Of a stretch of 64,000 bases of DNA, positions 55,189 to 64,000 are shown piece after piece; positions within the stretch are counted from its first letter, which is position 1, and every line of letters starts with the position of its first letter. The DNA is from Bigelowiella natans CCMP2755. Lineage: Eukaryota; Protista; Cercozoa. The notes beneath the pieces are model-generated. The model searched no databases, had not been told where the DNA came from, and saw only the letters and a program-made list of their open reading frames with translations. A program made the translations under genes and the position numbers. Location: assembly GCA_000320545.1 (NCBI GenBank), contig ADNK01002459.1, positions 37,142 to 101,141 of the forward strand, given 5' to 3'.

Positions 55189-55340
55189 AAAACCACATGC
55201 GCAAGAACCACATGGGAAACATGCATTTGAATGTGAACATGCACACAACAAGCAGCGCCTACAAGCAAACAATGAACAATGAACAATGAACAAAGCGTTG
55301 ATCAAAAACTACATGCGCCAGAACCACATGGGACAAACAA
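55189..55340 (+). repeat. Direct repeat pair plus (aacaatg)x3 in a TpA-depleted patch
   Basis: aaaaccacatgcgcaagaaccacatggga (about 55189) versus aaaactacatgcgccagaaccacatggga (about 55305). Confidence 0.8.
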
Positions 55341-55823
55341 ACAAACGTGATGAAGAACTGCATTTTGCAAGTAAAGTGGATTCTCCGTTGTTTAGTGGCG
55401 ACGTTCCTCCAAAACCAACCCGTTTCAACGTGGCGACAACATCCAAAATTGCAAATTCCTCGTGTGGTGCCCGCACCGCGATTTGCACATCAGCGACATA
55501 CTGAAATCCATGTCTCAAAATGCAAATTGCATGCATTGAGAACTCTGTGAGGGTGGTGTCGAGGCATCTCTCTTGTAGTAGTTGAAGCACCGAAGCACCG
55601 TTCCAGCTCTGTGGAGTGAGGAGACACATTTGGGCTGGACTGTTACCGGTCAGTGAATGAAAATGATTTGCTCACTTGCAGACATTCAATCAGTTGACGG
55701 GATGGGGTGATGGAGGACAGAATCCTTCTTTGTATCCAAATATTGCGCCAAATCGACTTTCATTATTGATCATGTGCCTTTTATGCACAGTTGTGAGTTC
55801 AGTCGTCGTAGAGTCGGGATTCG

Positions 55824-57689
55824 ATGGGATGCAAGTGCTCCAGGTAAATTTTTCTTTTAACGGCAGAGGCAAAATGATTTATTGTGTGGCGTTCCAGGCC
55901 GAATGAGCTGGGCACACTCGTGCTGGTAGCCAAGTTTCCGACGCCGAAAAAGTCTAAAACAAGATTAGGAAAGGTCATTTCATGGAGGAAGTGCAACCTT
56001 GACATTGATTCAATGAGGTCTATTTGTTTTGTAAGTTGATCGGATATGAAGAAAGCGCCAGTTTCGCACTTGCTGCATTGGAAGACCTTCTCTGCCGCTA
56101 CGCACGTCTTGATGGAATTCAGAGGGTGGGACATTTAATATTGCCAGCTAAGCGGATATTATTTTTTCGGCTGCCATGTCATTATCATCCATTATTAGTA
56201 GTAGCGTCTTATTCTAGTTCGTCTAGGTTTTGCTCTTTGCTCCAACAGACGCCCGAGCCAAGTTTGAAAGCCTTTTGAAGAAGCATAGGCTACAAGGTTT
56301 GGGTTGCTGTGAGGGGCATAGTCTCTATTTAGTCATCATTATGTAATGCCACACATCCCAATCAGTATTCCCCTACATAGAATCGTGGGCTCTTGTTCCT
56401 ATGCTAGGAGGTACTGGGGATACGACCTCCTCAGATCTTGGGTAGTAGTAGACGTCGTAGCAGCAAATAGTAGAACGACAGTGCTGCATCAAACAAATAT
56501 CTGAATTTACACGAGTATTTAACCTTATGTGTAGTTGTATACTCGTGCAGCTTCCTAAATCGTATGCATTTTCGTACCGTTCACTACCATTTTCAATGCT
56601 CTAAAATGCCATTATCATTGCTATCATTTTGTCAGGGCGATGCTGAAGTCTGCATTGGAGCGTGTAAGAAACCAAATAAAGGCTGTAAAGATAGCCACCT
56701 CTTCTGGGACCTGGAGAAAAGCAAACATTGCGTTCATTGGGTCTGACTGTCTCGAGCTTTCGCCAATGGACATTCGCATGCTCTTTGGGAGTGTTTCCAG
56801 GTTATAATCAACAAGAATCGCTGCTTGCCGATCATAATACGACTACACAATAAATGTTCATGCATCTTAAAGCGCGTGTATGACGTATAAAAAATGTGTT
56901 TTCTCTGTGGCACCGCAGTGTTTCGGGCTGGGATGCGACAATTTTGCCAGCCAAGGATGGTGGCTATGTTGCTTTGTGCCTCGGCGAAAATGTTCCTTCT
57001 ACAGTGTTTGATGTAAAAACAGCAGAATGAGGAACAGGATATTCAAAATCTAGGTCGTCATTCGAATGATGCTGTATTTAGGGAGTCAAATGGTCTGACA
57101 GGACCACATGCGTGTCGCAGATGCAAGCTTTATCTCGCAATGGCGTCCAAAGTAAGACGACCATACTCTGCCACCTCGCCGTATTCGTTCTCTTCATATG
57201 AATGTATTTTTTCTAGGAGTACATGTCGGAGATACGTTCGAAGACATAGATGAACTCGAAGATTTAAAGTTGTCCATAATCGTTAGCATAGTCAGCAACA
57301 TTACCATTAGTGCCTCTCTAGAAAACAAGCCCTGTATGTTTACCGAGCGCATATTTATCCTAGGAAGGACAGTAGTGGCGATTTAGACATTTTTCTTGAG
57401 CAATCAGAACAACATATACAGAGAATGTTGTTTTCGTCACGATTCCCATATTTTTGTTAATATTACATTTTCAGAGGCATTTATGCTCACGAGATAACTA
57501 TTTATTGTTAATCTGTATAATGACCGCATCTTCCATTTCAGAGCTCTCTTCGAACGCACGAGCAAGTTGTCTACCGAGGAGCGGCAGCTACGGTCGATAT
57601 CGAGGACGTATTGTTTTCTTAAAAATATGTACAGTACCACCACCGCCATCAACGATGATGAAAAGACAAGAGGGGTGATATTGGAGTGA
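55824..57689 (+). CDS. DUF2064 / TIGR04282-type (CofC-like, putative glycosyltransferase) protein; missed by the ORF track
   Basis: Spliced: MGCKCS|RPNELGTLVLVAKFPTPKKSKTRLGK...NIAFIGSDCLEL...ILPAKDGGYVAL...GVKWSDRTT...FEDIDELEDLK|ALFERT...ISRTYCFL. Confidence 0.8.
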
Positions 57690-58613
57690 GGGAAGACTGC
57701 AGAAATGCGACACCGTCATGCTCGGCTTCAGCAGCTACCAATGTGATCTGCAAGGAAGGGGCAGAGAGAAATGGTAGAAAAGGCGGGATACTTCTCTTGA
57801 AAACACATACGACAGCCCGGCAGCTTTACTGTTTCACACTGAGCTGATTTCACTTCCATCACTCATATGCATTAATAATGCCTGTTATTATTGATTGGGT
57901 TTTGTAAGTACTGGCTATAATAGATTGCATTGGTATAGTTTTTGCCCATGATCTTCTAATTTGTGGAACTCCCTTCCTCTCGCTTGCACATGCATACAAT
58001 GTACTAGTAACAAATACCTTAACAAATACCTGCATTGCAAGTGACCTCTTGCTCCAAAATGATTCTTTTTTTTTTCACCTGACGTACGTAATCTCGATAT
58101 ACCTTCAAGCTCTTCGATCGTATTTGGGGCAAAGCAGTCACGCAATGCCCAGCATGAATCCGCACGTTTGATGCAGCTGCTAAGTTTCATATTGTTACCT
58201 GCCTGATGTACACAGTGCTCCAAAGCAATGCCCGTGTGCGAACAGCGATCACGCAATACCAAACAATACAGCTAGCTAGCCCATGTGATTTCCAATAATA
58301 TAAATGTACACATGCGAAATGTCACACATGTCGCCGGTCATAGTTAGCTCTAGAGCTAAGCAAATTCAAGTATGTGTGTAGCGTCTTTTTAGCAGTGCTA
58401 ACAACATGCATGGCGGCTGTGGACATTTCACGCGCTAGAGACACGCAAGCTAGGGGCATTGCAGCTGCGCGCAAGCCTAGAAGCGTCTAGATATAGAGAT
58501 GTGCTTCATCACCATCTAGCCATGTAGGGCATCATTCAAAATTTGATGAACATTCATTTGTCGGTGTTACGGCACACGATATATTACATTTTTTGTTGGG
58601 ATAGAGAACAATA

Positions 58614-59130
58614 TCACTCGTCACCACCACAACATTCACCAGCGAAGAAATCTTGCACAGTCGCATCACTGTTGGGATCCCCTTCATCGTCCCCAGAAGA
58701 TCCAGCTCCAGCTCCAATTTGGGCACCAACTTTTAGATCTTCTTTGACTTTGGTTGTTAAAACTTTGATCGAGGCCTCGAGTGACGATGCCTGTTCTTCA
58801 ACGCTTCCCTCGCCTCCTCCTGACCCCGTAAGTTTTGATATCAATGGGTCAGGCCATTCAGCCATTCTCGCGAGTGCTGTAACTTTGGCATTTGATGGTT
58901 CATCCATGCTATTCTCACGAGAGCTGTTCTGATGGACCCTGTTGAAGAATTCATTTTAGTTTTTTACATCATCTGATGAAACAAAAAAGGAGACTCTTGT
59001 TTTTAAAGTAAAAAACACTTCATCTCCACTCCGATTTTCACAAGACAAAAAACCTGGAGGAAATGAGGAGAGGGACTATTATCCAGATCCCAAGCTTCAG
59101 GAGCGGCGAAGCGACGCTTCCACGACCCAT
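58614..59130 (-). CDS. Hypothetical protein with signal peptide
   Basis: MGRGSVASPLLKLGIWIIVPLLISS splices in phase 2 to R-VHQNSSRENSMDEPSNAKV...; 3' end uncertain. Confidence 0.45.
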
Positions 59131-59488
59131 TTCTCCAACAGGCTTCACGAGGGAGGTGTGCTTTTTGAATTGAATTTTTAAAAATGTAGAACCCAGTCGT
59201 GTGAGGTACAAATGTAGACCATTCAGAACCTGCGACAAACCGAAATAAGAAAAGGGAATTTGAAGAATCTCATTGATTTATACAATGCGACTTCCTACGG
59301 ACGTTGTCGCAATAGCTAAATTCGGTTAGGATAACAGGCGCTCAGACCGGGTTGGAGCTCTGTGGAGAGCATCGATCATTTTGTGCTCTTCACTCAGTCC
59401 TTACCATTCCCGTCTTCGGTGATGACTTGGTGACGTTTGAGCTTTCAAAATTATCCGACGTCCTCCGACTTTCTAGCGTCACACACCA

Positions 59489-60613
59489 ATGAAGCAGACC
59501 CGCTTCGCACTTCCCAAAAACCTCAAGTCTACCTCCAAATGGGAAGCAGTTGATGAATTTGCCAATTCGGATTTAGCATTTGAGCTGAGAACGAAGATAA
59601 CAAATAATCTACGTACAACAGCCATCTTTGGTAATGATAGAACGTAGTTTGCTTTGCTTTTAGTGAATTAACTGATATTTGGTAGGGCGACTAGACGAAA
59701 TTGAAGGTGCCGATATAGAAGAATTCAAAGTGGTAAGCGATCAGTTCTTTATCCATGCAAAATTCTCACTAGTGTTATTGATGAAGGTGGTAATTGGAAA
59801 CAAGGGCACTGGAAAGACTTCCTTGATCTTCAATCTTTGTGACATTCAATGTACTCATCAACGCCCTCTCGGAATATTTGTTTATTGGTATGTGTTATTA
59901 TGGCAGCCAAAGATCAAGCTCCTACACACGGTGTTGCAGAATACAACGCATACTGGCCCATTAAGGTATGTATGAACGCAATAAAGCACCCGCACAATGT
60001 TGAAACCCCCCCCTGTCTACTAATAGCTCACTCGAGGGGGGAGACCAAAAATAGTTCATCTCCAGTTTTGGGATGCAGGAATATGGTGCTTGACCGACGA
60101 GAGGTAGTAACATCCAGCTTCCCACTATTCCAAAAGGCAAGGATTTTTACATCTTTTCTCTGAACTTCGTAGCAAAGTACTTGAAAAGAGGTTGAAAGAG
60201 CAGCAAGCTGAAAATGGCGACGCGGTGAGACAATTAGGCTCTTCTCATTTAGCATCGTCTTTAGAATTCGAAAGCAACACTTGAACCCTTCCAGGTTCTC
60301 TACGTGTGCACCAGCACGGATTACAAGTCGTTCAGCACAATTCAAGCTATGGTGACTCAATACCTCAATCATCACTGCTTTTTGTTGCTCCCCTCCACAC
60401 GACAGAGCTCTGAACGATTCCTTTGCCTGTTTTTTGCAGATAGAGAGCAATTCAGCTCCAGTGCCCCTTCCACCGGTGCGTGTGGTTGTGATGACAAGGT
60501 ATGAAATTACCCATCCCTCCTGCCAAAATACGAATGTAGATTTTTTCTGGTACAACAATAGACATCAAATATGCAATAATACGTCTCCATATTTAAACGG
60601 CAGCAACATGAAA

Positions 60614-60649
<36 letters not shown>

Positions 60650-61015
60650 GCAACTACTACTACTACAATCACTACTACTGACACCACATTGCCTCAACTA
60701 GGGCCGACCAGTGGGTGAAAAGAGCTGTCGGAAGCCGAGATCTGACTTCGATAAGGTGGTATTGTTTCGTTCGTATGATGATTTGTAGTGATAGCTAACT
60801 CTCGACAGGAAAGAGTATGCAGTCGGTACATGTGGAATATCAAATGCAACCTCCGTCTCCCCTTCGTTCGAGAAACAGGTCCGAACTGGTCTTTGTGAAT
60901 ATGCAACTTTTCCATATCTGAGGAGAGAAACGATCTGAATTGTCGTCAGGATGCTACCCGATTGCTCAACATGCTAAGTTGTAAGCTATTGGAGCAGCGT
61001 TACAAAGATGGTTAG
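59489..61015 (+). CDS. CPLANE2: RSG1/CPLANE2-like ciliogenesis small GTPase
   Basis: AIFGRLD...FKVVVIGNKGTGKTSL...THGVAEYNAYWPIK|LTRGGRPKIVHLQFWDAG...TDYKSF...VRVVVMTR...LLNMLSCKL. This parallels RSG1 (FG..., GKSGVGKT, WPAK, FWDCG). Confidence 0.7.
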
Positions 61016-61807
61016 TCGAGGGTGCTATCGTGCGGAGAGCAGGAAATTGACTCAAATCGACACGCACTATAGTTACGCTGCGGAACTATTACGAGCAAGC
61101 TCGAATTTCCAACGCTGTGAGTGGATCGGAGGCATGCACTTTTATCCTTATTCCCATGGTTATACCCTTGGCATCAGACACTGTCTTTGCAAACAAACAC
61201 AACATTGTGTGTGTGAAACAATAGCCGATGCGATGATGTACCAATGAAGCATCGACTTAAGCAAATTCGGTATGTACTCATGACCGCTTTCGAAGGTGCC
61301 TGTTCCTCATTGAGCTCATTTGAGATCAACGTGTTCTACAAGCGCGCTCGGCCGCCATGCGTGTGCGATATTTGCCGAATAGGACAACATGTTGAAACAT
61401 ATCCAAGGAATCTGTGAAGAGTCTCTGCCCGCATTACTATTGGTGATAGACTGCTACTGCTACTGTGAAAAGCGGCTGTGGTGTTGCTGAGATGTGCACC
61501 TAGGAGTTTTTATTGCGACTGCTGCATAAGCGCGTACTATATATAGCGTACGTGCAATTGCTACAACAAGCAACCAAACCACGCATTAGAAAGCGTAAAA
61601 GCGTATACCATCATGTAGCTTTTCGACTTTAGGGACATGAAGCGTCTGCTGTTCTTGAGCGCTAGCAAGCTAACGCTAATGGCATGGGATGAACATGTGC
61701 GCAAGCGCAGTAATATAACGTCTGGCAGCATATTATAGACTATGCACATGCAACAAGCTGTGCACATCCTACAAAACAAGCACGTGTGGTGCGATTCCAT
61801 TTTTTCC

Positions 61808-63946
61808 TCATATCAAAATGCAACCTCGTTCTTCTTGTCGAACCCCAGGAACCTCCACCACATACTCACATGCGTAGTTTTTGGATGGTTCCCACTTGTA
61901 GCCCCTTTGGTTGCTCGTTACATAGGTCCCGCGGATTTTCTAGTACAACGAAAGCATAATCACAGAATGGTTGGAGCGTGGTTGTTGTGTGAAAGCAAAC
62001 ATCAGTAATTGTTAGTCTTAAAGTACTTTTCTTGAGTTGAAATGTGTATGCCCGTGGCACCAGGTATGCACCCCCCGAAACATATGCTCGAGATCCGACG
62101 AAGCGCTGTACTTCATGTATTCCTTTCCAGGCCCTGTAGCAGCAGAATGGCACTGGTGAGAGGAGGTGCTTCACACACCCCTTGCTTCTTAAGGACATCA
62201 TGAGCAGCGACGGCAATTACAAAAAGCATTTCCGTGTTAAATAGGATGACCCTACTTTGTTTGTTTGACAGATTTTGGAACGTGGGTGAGTGGTGGGTCA
62301 GCACCAGCAGGTTCTGCTTTTCACTGAAGCGTTAAAAACAAGCTTTCACGACATCACAGGAAAGAAAACTACACAGGGCATTTATGTGATCATCCTCAAT
62401 AGAAGCTAAAAACCACAATTTATCACCGTCTTGCCTCTCCAATCGCCTCCTGGATTACTTCGACTATATTATTCATGAATCGAGTCAATATCATTGTTCG
62501 TGAATGAGAACAATAGCTCGGACCTGTCTTTCTATGCCACATGTTCGTATCGCTAACCTATGTAAGTGAGCAGAAGAATTGAAGATTTATAAAGATTTGA
62601 ATAATTGAAGAAGAAGAAGTCTCACAATTTCTAGATACGAAATCTCGAATGCACATTTTCAGATAAAGCGTAGGCTGTGTTGAAGGAAGAAATATTTTGG
62701 TTAGCGCCTACTGCTACTTATCCTCCAAATTGTTGTTGAAATCTGCTTGCATCTTATTATCAACCATTCGAGTCAACCCGAATGTCCACTATACCTCTAT
62801 AGGACGAGCTTCTTTTTTGGTTGTCTTCTTTTCGTCGCTTTTTCCTTCAGGCTTTGCTCTCTCTTCTTTGCGTAATCTGGTACCTCCTTCGTCCTTTTCC
62901 TCTCGGTCTTCCTCTTCCTTCTTCTCCTCCTTCTCCTTCTCTGTGAAGCAGACTCGGAAGTCGTTGAGCTTGTACTCGACGCACTCTGTGCTTTTCGAGA
63001 CTTGGACAGTTTGTTCTTTAGGAATGTAGGTCCACAATGTCCCACCGCATACTCGTACATTACCACAAACGATGGAGTCATCTTGGAGAAACGTCGCGCC
63101 TACACGCTCACAGAGCCCTCGCAAGTAATGATTCACCTAAGCATTATAGGAGGCGGCAGCAGTGGCGGCGGCGGCGGTTTCAGCAGTATAATGTATGGTC
63201 AAACGCTTTAAACAAACCTCTTGAACTGTACACCTGTGCTCTTGGCCACTGTAATACTCGCTGTATGAGAAGAAGCGACTATCATGAGGAGGTTGCTTCA
63301 ACGTTAAGTTTGATGTGAGAAGCAGCACTAATGACATTCGAAGCAGCATTAGCAACGGTTAGTGGTTAGTAGCAATTAGTTGTCTTAGGTCCGAACTGAT
63401 TCCCCGCTAGCACGATGACAGTCTCCCATCTTTACAGTAGGAAAACAAGCAAACCATCATTACGCGAAGTGCCAACCTTACTTCAACTCTAATAACGTAC
63501 TGAGAGGTGCACTTCTTCAGGAAATCCTCGTATATATCGCGCTTAGCAGGTGGCTTTCCAAGTGCACAGATGTCTCCCAACAGAGCGAGAATCGGGGCTG
63601 CAGGCTTCAGAATTTCCTATTGCATTTGTAGTTACATGGCAAGGCGGATTTCTTGCTACTCTTCAAAGAAGTACTCTATAGCTACAAATAGAAACGGTGT
63701 CTTACAGCAAGGTCCGGTAGTTCCTCGTAGAATTCAAGATGAAGATCCTGCCATTTACATGTAAGACATAACATCAGCTGGTATGGGCCCATTCCCCCCC
63801 CCCCCCCCCCCCCCCCCTCCCCTCTCTCTAGCTTCATCTGGAGGGAAATAATAGCCTGTTCTCACCGAAGCGATCTGCACTTGAATCGAGTTGGATTTGG
63901 ACTTGCCCCCAGCTGTGAGTCTTCCCTCCTGCTCCCGAGCCTCCAT
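61808..63946 (-). CDS. Calcineurin-like metallophosphoesterase (many exons)
   Basis: IQVQIAS|DLHLEF, LALLGDI, VLAGNH..EYY, GGTLWT, VLTHHSP, SNQRGY; ends GCILI*. Confidence 0.85.
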
Positions 63947-64000
63947 TCTTCCGAAATTTGTACCCGGTTTGTTGAAGGGAAGTTCCAGAGGAAATATGCA

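Noticed and set aside
54411-55258. RIP or CpG-methylation decay as cause of the TG/CA excess
   Set aside because: RIP would increase TpA and CpG decay would deplete CpG; the opposite is seen.
57437-57652. Minus-strand membrane-protein ORF
   Set aside because: Antisense to the final exon of the plus-strand DUF2064 gene.
1-64000. tRNA/rRNA genes and intact transposons
   Set aside because: None recognisable by eye; tRNAscan, Infernal and RepeatModeler would be needed to exclude them.

Overview
Gene-dense, intron-rich eukaryotic nuclear DNA with short GT-AG introns, many filled with microsatellites. A bipartite signal+transit leader on a carotenoid enzyme, together with ciliary genes and GRK/7TM signalling genes, points to a flagellated secondary alga, most plausibly a chlorarachniophyte (inference). 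About 18 genes were reconstructed by hand splicing: an RGS-domain GRK-like kinase, a MEF2-type MADS-box factor, a lycopene beta-cyclase/epsilon-cyclase fusion, a plant-Shaker-like K+ channel, a bacterial-type secreted glycoside-hydrolase-like protein, a CAMK-like kinase, an SDR, a COG2426 membrane protein, a CCDC180-like protein, PIP5K, two 7TM proteins, an LEA_2-like protein, a DUF2064 protein, an RSG1/CPLANE2-like GTPase, a metallophosphoesterase and hypotheticals. Two observations stand out. (1) LCYB and LCYE splice in frame into one polypeptide. (2) Recurrent intergenic patches, mostly between convergent 3' ends, have lost almost all TpA except in CTAG while TpG/CpA are abundant and CpG is kept, suggesting a targeted A>G mutator at TpA. 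All family assignments come from motif recognition, not database searches.
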